Positions 1 through 13,600 of a stretch of DNA of 64,000 bases are shown here, one piece after another. Position 1 is the first letter of the stretch, and each line of letters begins with the position of its first letter. Below the pieces are notes generated by a model, which was not told the origin of the DNA, searched no databases, and saw only the letters and a program-made list of their open reading frames with translations. Source of the stretch: Camelus ferus (taxonomy: Eukaryota); contig NC_045697.1 of assembly GCF_009834535.1 (NCBI RefSeq), forward strand, positions 32,800,001-32,864,000, read 5' to 3'. A program made the position numbers and the translations under genes.

Positions 1-285
1 GTCACTGATGAACATAGATGTAAAAATCCACAACAAAATATCTGCAAACCAAATTCAACAATATGTTAGAAGAATCATACAACATGATTGAGTGGGATTT
101 ATCCCTGGGATGCAAAGATGATTCAAAATCTGCAAATTAATCAACATGATTTTACAACATTAACAAATTGAAAAATAAATATCATGTGATCACTTCAAAT
201 ACAGAAAAAGTTTTGACAAAATTCCAAATCCATTTATGATAAAAACTCTCCACAAAGTGCATGTGGAGAGAACATATTCAACATA

Positions 286-561
286 ATGAAGTCCATATAT
301 GACAAACCAACAGCCAACATCATATTCAATAGTGAAAAGCTCAAAGCATTTTCTCTAAGATCAGGAACAAAAGAAGGATGTCCACTCTCTCTAGTTCTAT
401 TCAACATAGTATTGAAAGTTCTAGCCACAGCAATAAGAAGAAAAATAAATAATAGAAATCAAGAGGTAAAACTGACACTGTTTGCAGATGACATGATACT
501 ATACATAGTAGGTCCTGAAGATGCCACCAAAAAACCTATTAAAAATAATAAATTGATTTAA
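286..561 (+). pseudogene. L1 ORF2 reverse-transcriptase fragment containing the FADD catalytic motif
   Basis: ORF track peptide contains [17 protein letters not shown] and LFADDMILY; bounded by stops and frameshifts. Confidence 0.9.
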
Positions 562-789
562 TAACATTACAGGATACAAAATTAACATGCAGAAATCTGT
601 TGTGTTTATATATATCAACAACTAATATCAGAAAGGGAAATTAAGAAAATGATTCCATTTGCAATTTTATTGAAAAGAATGAAATATCTTGGAGTAAATC
701 TAAGCAAAGTGGTGAAAGACCTGAAGTTGAAAAACTGTAAGACATTAATGAAAGAAATCTGAGATGACACCAACATATGGAAAGATATA

Positions 790-1452
790 TTGTGCTCCTG
801 GATTGGAAAAATTAATATTGTTAAAATGACCATACTACCCCAGGCAATGAATGGATTCAATGTAATCTCTATCAAAATACTAATACCACAACCAGATAGA
901 AAAATAATTCTCAAACTAAACACAGAAGATCTCCAAATAGCCAAAACAATCTTGAGAAAGAAGAACAAAGCTGGAGTTATCACACTCCCTAATTTCAAAC
1001 TACACTACAAAGCTACAGTAATCAAAAAAGCAGTACAGTTCTGGAATGAAAATAGACACATTGATCAATGGAACGGAATAGAAAGCCCAGAAATAAGCCT
1101 GGACTTATATGTTCAATTAATCTATGACAATGGAGGCAAGAATATACAATGGGTAACAGGCAGCCTTTTCAATAAATGTTTTGGGAAAACTGGACAGCTA
1201 CATGCAAAAGAATCAATCTGGATTACTTTCTCATACCATATAAAAATAACCTTAAAATTGACTAAAGACCTTAATGTAAGACATGAAACCATTAAATTCT
1301 TTGAAGAAAACGTAGGCAATACATTCTTTAACATCAGTCTTGGCAGTATTTTTTGGATCTGTCACCTCAGGCAAGGGAAACAAAACAAAAATAAACAAAT
1401 GAGGCTACATAAAACTGAAAAGCTTTTGCACAATGAAGGAGATTATCATTAA
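790..1452 (+). pseudogene. L1 ORF2 post-RT fragment (longest ORF in the window, 220 aa, degenerate)
   Basis: CSWIGKINIVKMTILP, KNKAGVITLPNFKLHYKATVIK and RHIDQWNGIESPE are L1 ORF2 signatures; the ORF drifts out of frame later. Confidence 0.9.
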
Positions 1453-1488
1453 AATGAAAGGGAGATTACTGAATGGGAGAAAATAATA

Positions 1489-1538
1489 GTGAATGATATT
1501 CATATATTGTTAATGATATTCATATATTGTGAATGATA
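1489..1538. repeat. 20-bp tandem duplication (about 2.5 copies) inside the L1
   Basis: gaatgatattcatatattgt / taatgatattcatatattgt / gaatgata. Confidence 0.85.
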
Positions 1539-2901
1539 AGTGGTTAATATCCAAATTGTACAAATCATTCATACAATTTAACATCAGAAAACAAAAAAAC
1601 AAACCAACAAAAACCCTGTTAAAAAATAGGCAAACGACCTGAATAGATATCTTTCCAAAGGAGACATACAGATAGCAAACAAGGACATGAAAAGATGCTC
1701 TACATTACTAATCATCAGGGAAATGTAAATCAAAACCACAATGAGATAGTAGCTCAAACCTATCAGAATGGCTATCATAAAAAAAAAAGAAAAGAAAAAG
1801 ACAACAAATAACAAATGTTGGCAATGAAATAGAGAAAAGGGAACCCTCATTCACTGTTGATGGGATTGTAACTTGGTGTAGCCACTATGGAAAACAATAC
1901 GGAGATTCCTCAAAAAATTAAAAGTAGAACTACTATAAAATTCAGCAATTCTACTTCTGGATATTTATCCAAGGAAAGCAAAAAATTAATTCCAAAGTGT
2001 GTGTATTATCCTTATTTATTGCAGCATTGTATACAATAACCAAGATATGGAAGCAACCTGAGTTCATCAGTAGATTGATGGATAAAGAAATGGAATATTA
2101 CTCAGTTATTTTAAAGATGAAATTTCACTATTTGGGATAACATGGTTGGCTCTAGAGGGTATTATGATAAGTGAAATAATTCAGACAAAGAAAGACAAAT
2201 ATGGCATGGTCTCAATTTTATGTGGAATCTAAAAACCAAACCAAACAAAAGGAAAACATACTCATAGATTCAGAGAACAAGCAAGTGGTTGCCAGAAGGG
2301 AGGGATGGGTGGTGGGTGAAATATGAGTAGGGGATTAAGAAGTCTAAATCTCTTGTTATATAATCTATTAGTCACAAGGATGTAATGTACAGTATAAGGA
2401 ATATGTTAAATAAGTTGTAATTACTTTGTATGAGGTCAGATTGTTACTAGACTTATTGTTGTGATCATTTCATGATGTATGAAAATGTCAAATCATTTAT
2501 GTAACAACCTGAAAGTTAACTTGTATTAATAGATTTTTCTAATGTTGAGCCATGCTTGCATTTCTGAAATTATTAAATTATACTGTTCTATTACTTATTT
2601 TTTCTAGTTATATTTACTATTTATTAATTTTTATTCAGTATTTATTCTATATATCCACTATGTTAAATATTATACAATTTAGTATATTTTATGATAGTAG
2701 CTGTAGTAAATAACATTTATATTAATTACTGTTTAGTATTTATTATTCCTTTTACCCTTTCAATAAGTAAAATATCAATATATCATTCTTTTTTCTGATT
2801 TTGAATACCATTTATTGATATTGCATACTGCTTGAAACTATTTAAAATGAAATTTCTACAGTGCTGAAATAATCAAAATATGTATGAATTAATCAGTGAA
2901 T

Positions 2902-3285
2902 TTTTTTTAGTAGAATTAATTTTTAGAGCAGTCTTAGTTTTACAGAAAATTGAAAAGAAAATACAGAGAGGTACATATATCCTCTCTTCCTTTTACCCAC
3001 TGTTTTCCCTAACATTAATATGCATTGGTGTGATACATTTGTTGCAATTGATGACACAAAACTGATAAATTCCTGTTAACTAAAGTTCATAGTTTACATT
3101 AGGGTTTACTCATTTTATATAGTTCTATGAGTTTTGATAAACAAATGTGCATCTTCTAATACGGTACCATATACCATAGTTTTACTGCCTAAAAATTTCC
3201 TGTACTCCACTTAATCATCCCCTGCCCCCACCCTGAAACCCCTGGCAACCACTAATCTTTCTGCTGCCTCTGTAGTTTTGCCTTT
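2902..3285 (-). mobile_element. L1MC1-like 3' end
   Basis: ttttagagcagt...tacagaaaattg, agtttacattagggtt and cccctggcaaccact match the L1MC1-type 3' UTR in antisense. Confidence 0.8.
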
Positions 3286-3976
3286 TTTTTTTTTTAACTT
3301 TAAAAAAAAATCCTTGCTTTTTAAGATTGAGTGATGCAATTTTAAAGCAAACATTTGAGTGACATGAATTGATCTGAGTCAATTCAGTAAGAACTGAAAT
3401 GTGTTATATCTGTATGAGGACGTAGAAGTATTGAGTAAAGTAATATAGCCAACCCAGTTGAGCTGGCGTTCTTTTATATTCTAGATCTGCCAACAGCGTT
3501 GGTGCCTATGCTAGACACAAACAACAAAGTTTGCCTCCGTCATTCCTATCTCAAAAATTTTACATCTCTGTTTCTTTTAAAACTTGCCAGTAGCTAGCGC
3601 AATATATATATTTCAATGCTTTAGGTCAAACTTGTAGGAGTATTTACAATTAGTAGAGATATTCTGTAGGCATGTGCCACCACTAACTCTCCTTGTTCAG
3701 ATATACAAGTTTTTTTCAAGGAGAAGCCATGCATCATTGTGCTAGACTGTAAAGATGCAAAGGATAGAAAGTGAAATGAATTTAAATAAATAAAAATATT
3801 TTATCTCAAATTTTCTTAAAAATGTGGTTACAAGTCTTTGCAAGCATTCTGAATGTATCATATTTCTTTCCGTAAAATAAGATCCCCATATTTTACTCTG
3901 CTTAGGGTTTTGTTTGGAAGAATTTGATAGAATGTGTAAGGGGGATGACCCAAACTCTCAATTTAAAAAAAAATGT

Positions 3977-4037
3977 GTATATATATATATATATATATAT
4001 TTTTATATATATATATATATATTTATATATATTTATA
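3977..4037. repeat. Interrupted (TA)n microsatellite
   Basis: Direct reading of the sequence. Confidence 0.95.
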
Positions 4038-5286
4038 GAATATTTATTCTCTAATATCTGTACCATGCATATTAAAGTTTTCACTGTAAAATTGGGTTTG
4101 CATTCTAGTGAAAAATAAATCAAAATTTGTTGAATACAGCTTCCATAAATAAGATATAAAAATTAATGCTTATGAAGTTTGAGACCTAAATGATAAGCTT
4201 CAGAAAGCTTTTTGGAGTTTGTTCAGCTAATTTCTCATACTTCATTTGCTGAAAAAATGAGAGGAGATGGCTAGAGTTCTAAATATTGATTAAATCACAG
4301 AGAAAAATAGAAAGATGATGACTCACTAATTTTCAGAAGAGCTTTTGTAACTTTATAATATTGTCATAAAATGTGCTATCAAAACATCAATATTTCTCCA
4401 TATTCATTCAGTCATCATAAATACCATAAACTGAATTTTAACTGGGTTCTATTTTTCTCATTTTTTGTAATTCAGAGTACTTTATTTAGACTGAATTGCC
4501 TCAAATTTCAAGAAATTCTTGAAATATTGCTAGATTAATTATACTTTAACAATCAATATTTAGTGGGCAGGGTATTCCATGGTCTTTCAAAACCAATATG
4601 ACATAATATTTGCATTTGAAAAATCTGATAAAAATTTTAAAGGTTATTTTCAGAATTTTTTTTCTCACTTTTTTGGACTACAAATATTTCTCTTTAGAAA
4701 TAAAGTATGTTTTCTATGATTGAAAATATATATTCACATTATTTACAAATCTTAAAATCTCCAGAAACTGGAATTTGTTCAAGTTAAACTGTGATTTTCA
4801 AAATGATTAAACAAATGCATTGAAGGTGACTTTTTTTTCATCAGAAAAGGTGATGGAAAGAGATACTGTGTCTAAAATACTTCATACATAACTTACTATT
4901 GAATTATTTATGTCAGATTACAGTTTATGCATTTGTTTCATGTATGAATAGGTGTTTCTCCTCAAATATCTTATAAACTCTCTGAGTGCATATCTTTAAT
5001 TTTTTTTTATTGCACCTAACCTGGTGTTAAACATGGACTAGATATTGAAACTATACTTGGTAATTGTTTATGGAATTTCTCCTTTTGAATGTGAAAAAAA
5101 CTGTCACAATAGTTCAGTGATATTTTTACTTATAACATCATGTGTTTCTACATGTTTTAAAATATTTTTTATAATTAGCATTCTCTGTGCATGGCAATAT
5201 TAAAAGTAAAATACAAAAAGATTCAACACCAAGTTAACATTATTTCCCCTTACCATGTGGATCAGATAGCTTCTCAAAGTTGGTTT

Positions 5287-5775
5287 TGTTACCGAATCAA
5301 ACTTGGGTCCCCACGCTGGTAAAGCCAATCTACTGATACTGGGTTCTTGTGAAGGAAAGTGCAGCATTTATTGTAAAGGCACCAATACAAGGAAGAAGGG
5401 TGGCTCTTGCTCTAAAACCCAGAGCTCTCTGAAGGGTTTCAGCAAAGCATTTTTAAAGGCCAGGCTAGGGAGGGAGGTCGCAGCGTATGTGATCAGCTCA
5501 TGGACAATTCTTTGATTGGCTGATGATGAGATAACAGGGTGGTGTCACAGGGTGACCCACATTATCAATTCTTAGGCTCCAGGAGGCCTGGGGCTGTGAG
5601 CTCATGGTCATCAAGTAGTAACATCTTCCTTTTGGTGGGGGCTTTTCACATCTGTAAAACAACTCAGGAAACGTGCATCAGATACTATTATCTGGGTACT
5701 TCAGAGAGGAGCTAAAGGAGAGGATATGGGGAAGAATCTGCCCAGGAAGTCTCCATGGGGCCCTGCTCAGTTACA
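5287..5775 (-). mobile_element. ERV1-class solo LTR (about 490 bp)
   Basis: TGTTA...TTACA termini; imperfect 4-bp flanks gttt/gtgt; on the minus strand CCAAT (5514-5520), TATA-like (about 5451-5458) and AATAAA (5367-5372) in LTR order; GC-richer than flanks. Confidence 0.8.
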
Positions 5776-6054
5776 GTGTGACTTTCAGACAGTGTAAATA
5801 AATTGATAATCTCCACTTTTTTGCATCAATGTCTAGCATGAGTCAAAACTAAAGAATGAGTTGACCTTTAGAGTAACTCTGGAGATGTGTATCGCACCTT
5901 TCAGTGTATCCAATTCAATAAACGTTTATCATTTTCTAAGAGTAAAGTACTATATTAAGTTGTTGATGAATAGTAACACAAGCCCTTGTTGACAAATATT
6001 AATCAGTCAATCTAAGGAAGAAATTGAAATTTTTACTTAAGCTAAATTGAGTAT

Positions 6055-6976
6055 TGTAACCCAGGTACAGCATCTCAAAAAAGCGGCAAACTGTTCCTCT
6101 GATTATGTTACCATGGGAAGGGGAAAAAGTTGTCAATTCTTTGTCTACCTGAGAGAAAAAAATTCAAACATTATGTAAACAGAAGATTTTATTAGTACAG
6201 CAAAAGGTAGTAAAGTACACCTTTGAGAATTGAAGACAGGCCAACCCAAGAGAGGAAAATAGTGCCGCTCCTTTGCTTTTCCTGTCTATATCCTGGCTTA
6301 GGGGTGTTCTCGTGATTGATTGATGGCTCACGTCCCTTGAATGTTTAGGCATGCTTGTCACCTTTACACATGCTCTTACCCATGATGCACACAGAAATGC
6401 CCATGGGAGGGGGCCCAAACCCCAATGCTAATTACATTATAATGAGCATTGGGTTATGTTAAGTCAGGTCGTGTGTAGTCACAGCATCAGATTCTAACTG
6501 ACTTCTTTGTTGACACTCATTGAAAGAAAATAAACTCCTTGAACCCCTCTGAGCGCAGGTGTATCATCATCTTCTGGATTATTCCCTACCCTTTCTTCTC
6601 CCCACTGCCTGGTGCTCATTTCTATCTAATGGCCTAACAGAAGTCAAGGCACAGTTATGTAAGTTTTTTGATTCAAAGGGTTGTACAGTAGTGATGTATT
6701 ATCCACAGTTCACACAATCCAGACTTAAGAGTCATTGTGGCCCCTTACAAGATCAAGAAGGAATGTATCTTTTAAGGAGTTGTCTAATTGATGCTAGCAG
6801 AATGTTGCTCTTTGTGGTTGAGCAGGTTATTTCTGCCAATGGGGGAAGTTTGGTCAGTGCATAATGCAGATACACAATGCACAGTAGAGCTGAGAGAAGA
6901 GGCCAAGGAAACAAATTTTTTTTTAATGTTTAAATTTTTCTTGTCCTGTCATAAAATATGAATTTTATTTCACACA
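6055..6976 (-). mobile_element. Second, different ERV1-like solo LTR (about 0.9 kb)
   Basis: TG...CA ends; minus-strand AATAAA near 6189; atgctaat...ataatgagcat motif like ERV1 (MER41/51-type) U3; left boundary ambiguous (6055 or 6106). Confidence 0.6.
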
Positions 6977-9559
6977 CTATATGTATAACTTGAGCAACAT
7001 CTTATGCACTAAATCGAAGCATTACAAAGTTATAGTGCTATTTGAAGCTTGAAAATAATTACAAAGAAAAAAATAAAGAGACGCTCTCTTTGGTTCAGGT
7101 TAGCTGAAGGAAAATATTAAATGTGGTACAGCCTGAAAAGTAATTATAATCTCTCATTTATTTAAACACCTACTACATGCATCATAATGCTAGGTATTAT
7201 ATATCTGTTTTAGAAAAATATTTGTTATACATCTATGCATATAGAAAAGCCAGTCTTTAGTAGAAGTATAGAATGTTTCTTGACATATTCCTAGTATTTT
7301 GAATATCAGGCAAAAATAGTTTCCTATTATTCAATTATTAGTGAATGCTTAGAAGCACAAACATTAGTTAAAGCACATGATAAATTTATATATTCTTTTG
7401 TTAAGCTTTGTGTTTATGATGTTTTGGAATCCTTTCAATATGGAATGGGAATATAAAAAATATTGTCTGTTATAAAATGAAACAAGTCTTGATTTTTCAA
7501 CATTGTATTTTAAGTGCCAAATGTAGCTTTTGGCAAATTTTTGAATAAATGAGGGAATTATTTTTTAATGTGTGAATATTTTTAACACAATTATTTGCTA
7601 ACTCTTGATCAAAGAACCTCACTCCTTTAATGCTAAGATATTGGCATTTAAACAAGTGAACATTTCTAGAAGTATGCATCAAGAGATGTAGAAATAATGC
7701 ATAAACTTAACATAACCCATGAGATCATTCAAACATAGAACTTAATTCAAAACACTTAAAAACCTGTATGATATTTGTGGAGACCAATCAGAGTGAATAC
7801 TTTCTATGTCACTAGCATCCCCTGTTGTGTTGGATGTTCATCTTAGAGTTCTGCAGCATCTGAATGTTGTGGGTGAGGCATTCTCGGGGTGGACAGAGCA
7901 GCTTGGAAAATGGGGGGAGGGATGTGACAAAGTTGCAGATGATAAAATAATTTACTATTTCTACAATGGATATGTCAATACTGGGGCCTTGAGGTAAAAT
8001 ATCAGTCTAGAGATAGATCTTGATCAATACAGATGACAAATTAATACTGAATAGTTTAAAAGTTGGGAAATTTTTTCCCAGGCTTTTGCAAAATTTTACT
8101 TTTCAAATCCTCTGTTAGATCCATGTCAAACGTTAAACATTTACTCAGATGGTTGACTTTCTGATATTAAACATATAATTACAATTAACATGGGCTTGGA
8201 ATACTAAAGCTTTATGAACTAATGGCTTGCAAACAGTGTCCATACCTAAAATCATGTTATTTTACTGATATGTTACATTCTGAGAAACTTTTGTTTTTTC
8301 CAAAGTTGTGCACTAGGACTAAGATGAATAACCCTAATTTAAACTATTTTTGGAATTGTGGCAATTCACCCTTTGTGAAATTAGCATCCAACTGTTTGCC
8401 TTTGTTTTCTAATAGATAAGACTGCCAGCTGTTTTGTATTTTCTGATAACAGCTTTTGTATCTGTTCTTAATGCTTGCAGTTGTTGAATTATTTTTAAAT
8501 TATTTTTAAAGCTAAAGCATATGTTCTAAAATTTAATGAAAGTATTTTTATTTACTTGAACATGTAGCTTAACTCCTTTTCTTCCTTCTTTTATTCCTTT
8601 CTGCAGAAGCCTAGAGTAGTGCTGATAATAGCTTAGTTATGGACTTTTTCTATGTAGATGGCATTGTCTTGCTTGACTTGAAATTTAAATGGACTGCTTT
8701 ATGAAACTCAAATATGATTAGACATAAATTAGGTGAATTACTTGGTGTTTTTCATTTGTAAGGACAAAGGTGAGAATATGTGCTTATAGGTAGCACCAGA
8801 ATATGACATATCTCTTTAAAATTTAACTCAGGAAAGAAAATCTGCATACTATACCTGAGGAATACAGTATGCAGAACAAAACGTTTTGTGTTAATTACCT
8901 GTAACATTCACATTGAAATTATTGCATTTAAATTTGTAATGATAAAGGGTCACACCTTTCCAACAGTGATCATTTCAAAATACTCAAATTATTATATGAT
9001 AATTAATTATAAATAAAATGAATTACAATGATCCTGGGAAGAAATATATGTTGTTATGGACAGTCATTGGTTCGTTTCTAGTAAGTACATCTCACAATAA
9101 ATCACATCTTCAAAATATCACCTGGCCATTTTTTTTAACATTTTTATTTTTCAGAAGCTGTTTACTTATTGCCACTTTGTACTAGATACAACTTTAGTGT
9201 TCATAAATCCTAATACTATAAAATATATATGTGCAAATGTGTATACATATTTATACAGACATTACATATCTTTCTCTCTCTATATTATCTCTCTAATCCA
9301 ATTTTATAATCTTTGCCCAATTTCTCTCTTTCACTATTACATAGAAAACTTATTTTGTGGGGGAGAATTCATATTTTCAAATTATTTTCTGAACACCTGA
9401 ATGATGATCTGCTGTCTCTTCAAAAAAGTTAATATTTATTTTAGAGTTATTTGTGATACTTGTTTTCCTCATAATGTTTAAAATTCCTCAAATCCTTCCT
9501 TCATTCTTTTTAGTGCTTTCTCCTACAGCACTCATTTTAGATGTGGGGTCAGAGAGATT

Positions 9560-9725
9560 GACATGAAATCCCCAAAATGTTACTAATTGAATGGCCGTGC
9601 AGATATTCTCCACTTCCTATGGACCTAAATTTCTGTGTTTATAAAGTAAAATTGAACTCTTCTTGTCAGGTCATGAAATAACTGGAATGTGTCTGATAGA
9701 ATGCAGACATTAACAAATTATTATG
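9560..9725 (+). mobile_element. Degenerate MIR fragment
   Basis: Weak similarity to the MIR core (cctaaatttctgtgtttataaagt) and tail. Confidence 0.35.
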
Positions 9726-10204
9726 CTTCTATATACTCCACAGATGAACATTTTAATCTCTAATCTTATTTATAAATTAAAATATAATAAAGTCCTAGAT
9801 AAGAGGCCATGGCATGAAGCACAGTTAGAACAGGAGGGATATGTACCTAAGGAAAGTCCATCTTTAGGGACGACAGCACTCGGTACAAAATACTCTGCAG
9901 TAAATGATTTGGAGATCTTACTATGAAATATTGACATGTTACATTTCCCACGCTGGTTATTTATAAGAATAATACTTTATATATACATTATAATATCTAT
10001 AGTATAAATTTGAACTGTGAAACAGAATATGTGTATTATATTTTGGTTAAAATGTGTTATGGTATTTGAACCTACCAAATTTTCAGGGGCATTTTAGTAT
10101 TCTTGGGATTTTTGTACAGTTTTACTTTTTCACTTTTCCAACTCTTACCTCCTGTCCTTACTTCCTAGTCTTCTCTCCTTAGTATGATTGTTTCCAGACA
10201 CTCT

Positions 10205-10680
10205 TGAATGAGACAGACAAAATCCTTATCATCATGGAACTTACAGCATAGAAAATTGAAAAAGACAAAAATCACTGAAATAAATACTAAGGTAACTTCA
10301 TATAATGCATCAGTTAAGACTATAGCGAATAATACTGTACTGTGTACTTGAAATGTGTTTAGAGAGTAGATCTTAAGTTCTCACCACAAACACACACACC
10401 AACTCACACAAACACACACACACACAATGGCAACTGTATGAAGTGGTGGATATGTTTCATCATGTTGTACACCAGAAATATACAGATTTTTTATTTGTCA
10501 ATTATACTTCAATAGAGCTGGAAAAAAAAACTACATTAAAAATAGGAAACGAAATAAATCTTTAATTAGGGTAATTCCAAGACACTCTGATGAAGTGCTA
10601 TTTACGCTGGAGATCTGTATGTGAATAACACAGGCATATTGAAACCCATGGCAGAAGTGCAGAGATGTAAAAGCAAGTGT
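10205..10680 (-). mobile_element. L2 fragment interrupted by an L1 3' end
   Basis: gagacagacaaaatccttatcatcatggaacttacag is L2-like in antisense; L2-like sequence resumes after 10530. Confidence 0.55.
10312..10530 (+). mobile_element. L1MA9/10-like 3' end with (CA)n and poly(A)
   Basis: aataatactgtactgtgtacttgaaat...gagagtagatcttaagttctcaccac...tttgtcaattatacttcaatagagctggaaaaaaaaa. Confidence 0.85.
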
Positions 10681-13600
10681 GTAAATTGGTAAAAAGCTGA
10701 GAGATTATACTTTTGTTTATATATTGTTAATATTTTTAAAGTCACGTAAAATAAGTCTGAAACCATCCATTTTGATACCTTACCTTGCAAGTTCAGGTTA
10801 ATTTGTAGTTAAGCTAGCCAGACTCTTATATCAGGTGGATGTTTAGATTCAGGAGATTAAAAATATCTAAAACTTACTCAAAATCCTTATATATGTTAAA
10901 GCCAGGGATACATGTGGAAAACTGAAGGAGGTATCATGTCTATAGTATGGTTTTATTTTTACATGCATTTTGATACAAGCATGGTAAGTGCTTGCCTCAA
11001 GAACATGCATCTGAATTTGTTCCACTATTTGAATAAATAGATCTGTGCTCCACCAGAGTGCTCTATAAAATTTTACATGACCAGACATATCCAGGACCTC
11101 ATTTTTAAAGATAGTTGCAGAGCAGTGACATTCCAAGTCAATGACATTTATAAGAAGTTTAAATATGTGCTCAGAGATGACTGAAGAGCTTCATTCTGAG
11201 TTGACCTGATAGCTAAAGTTGACACTGATTCATTGTTTTTATTAAGGCTTAATATAAGCAAATTTAAATTTCCACTCTTATTATTATAGTTTAAAAATTA
11301 AATTACATTTTACATTTAAAATTGAATCAAGTAATGAAAGAATCCTGAAGCATCACTGGAAAACACTAGAGGTTTCCTGAAACACATTTTGAAAAACTAT
11401 TTGTGTGTGTTGACTCACTTTCAAAATACTTCATCTTTCTTTCCAAAAGTCACACAAATCAATCTGGTGTTTCTCACCCTCAACTTTAGTGCCGGTATTA
11501 TACTGGGAGCTCAATTCCAATTAATAATTTATCCCAAAATATTTAGGAATAAATATAAACTATGTGTTCATGCAGGTCATTATGTATGTTTTAAGCTACA
11601 AAAATAATATGAGTGTGAGGTATTTTACTCTCACTTGCAGTATGAATATGCAATAAGCTAACAGAGTTTTGATTGTTGTACTTACAATAAAAGATCACAG
11701 CACTTAAGATTGAACTCTGCAGCCCTCTAGAATGCAACCTACTGTCCTTGAAATATTAATAGAGTAAAAATTATAAAATCTCCTTCAACCTGAGCTTTTT
11801 ATATTCCTCTCTGAATATCTGGGGATGTGTCTCTGTTATCCTTTTAGAATGCTTTGGGTACACCCTGAAGAGGCAGATGTCTCTAAGGGGACTTCAGACC
11901 TTTTCAAGAGTTGTGTCTGCAGTGTTTGAGTGGATGCAATGTGATATGACATCCTGTTCCTGATTATTCACAAATCCCTTCTCATCACAAACTGGAGTAT
12001 GCTAAGCTGTCTTTAAAAACACATCTCAGTAAAGTCTAAAAAATACATACCATCTTGAATAGGTATTTACTATTAGTGCTTTCAGGGAGTAGATTCTTTG
12101 CTATAAATGCTCCATCTGGCATATTGAACTGTTATACAGAGCATTGCGTACATGTTTCTGTTCTAAAAAACATCTATGCTTATAAATACATTTACAAAGA
12201 TCCGTTTATAGGGAAATGATTTCTAGCAGAAATATTCACATATATAATTTTCTTGTGTCAACTAATTTAAGCCCAAAGAATTACCATCCATTAATTTATT
12301 AGTCTGTCCCCCACACCAGGTACTATTAGATGTATTCTTTTTACTCCATTCCACAACGATGACACTATTCTGATTAGAATAAGTTAGAAACTCATTTTTT
12401 ATTTTTATGTTAAGTACAATTTTTTAAATACTTAGACAAAAGTGGAAAACTTAATGATTAACAGGTGTTCCAGGAGTCTAAGGAGCTGACTTCAATTCTC
12501 GCTACTCTAAGAATACAATTCTTGTTGTCCCACCTCTCTAAGATCTGAAAACTGGTTCTTGCCTCCTGGACACTCATTTTTAGATAGTTTTATTTTTGAG
12601 GATGGTATTGTTGGAAACTTTCTTGTAAGGTTTGCAATATAATGGAGAAGGTACTGGCCTCACAGTTCAAAGACCATCGTTTTCTCCTTCTAGGACTTAT
12701 GCGTTCTTCTACCATAGGTATATTATTCTCAATTAAACACATTGAAGAAACTGTTTAAAAGTTGTACATAAACTAAAAATCAGGTAAAAAAATGACTGCA
12801 CATCTTTTCAAAGGCTCAAAGTGAAGCATTTAACAGTCCCATCCTAGAATTATTTGATTTTTTAGAGAAAAGTGCCTTTGTTTTATTTAATATTTACCAC
12901 TGATTTTGAATCAGACTCTCCAAGATAACACGATACCTTCCAGATATTTGTCTGGAAGAGACAGAAACCATTTATGTGCAGTACATCAGATAACACTAAC
13001 CCAAAGTTTACTGTTTCATTGCCTACAAATCGAGTTTTGTGTCTAAATTACTAATCTCTCTCTAGAATTATTTTTTCAGTGCTGACACATACTCACTGTA
13101 TACTCAATCAATGCTCACAACATACTATCAAAATCTCTTTTGAACTAAATTTACTATCATGCAGTTTCTCTCATTAATTAGGTAAATGTGACAGATGTTC
13201 ATCCTGTATTTCTATGAGTCATATTTGTAATGTTTTGGAAAATGTACTTTGACAAACATCAATAAGTCTTTAAACTGCTGTAGAAAGAAGAGTTTACTTC
13301 CTTACCACCATTCTTGTGCCTAGTATTTTTGTTTTGTTTTGTTTTCTTACAATTTCCAAATTGTGAGAAAGTCATTTTTGCTCTGTAGCCATTAGAGATT
13401 TACTGAAATTACACTTTTAACATGGAATCCTGTGCACTAATGGATCATTCATACGGGAGGGGAGTACTTGTTCCCGATTCCTGATTTCCATGAGGAGAGA
13501 TTTTCTCTGGAACATTACAGCTCTCTCTTCTTCTCCATAGTCACGCCCACAAAGAAGCAGAGTAACTAGGTATGCATGGTTCTACGTACAGTTGCCCTTG

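Larger units (their letters stand above)
1..2530 (+). mobile_element. LINE-1 relic: ORF2 (RT to C-terminus, frameshifted) plus 3' UTR; runs off window start
   Basis: Translations give L1 ORF2 motifs ([45 protein letters not shown]). Typical L1 3' UTR follows (ctcatagattcagagaac...gtggttgccag). Confidence 0.95.

Noticed and set aside
234..1850. Minus-strand ORFs (234-428, 615-998, 1122-1334, 1584-1850)
   Set aside because: Antisense shadows of L1 ORF2; hydrophobic composition reflects the T-rich strand.
3902..4123. ORFs with YIYIYI runs
   Set aside because: Translation of the (TA)n microsatellite.
4505..4525. 10-bp inverted repeat atttcaagaa/ttcttgaaat resembling HSE or GAS motifs
   Set aside because: Spacing fits neither consensus; expected by chance in AT-rich DNA.
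5776..6054. Possible proviral interior between the two LTRs
   Set aside because: The LTRs are not copies of each other, and no primer-binding site, polypurine tract or gag/pol sequence is visible.
8841..8875. Hairpin tctgcatact...agtatgcaga
   Set aside because: A 10-bp stem is too short for a pre-miRNA and is plausible by chance.
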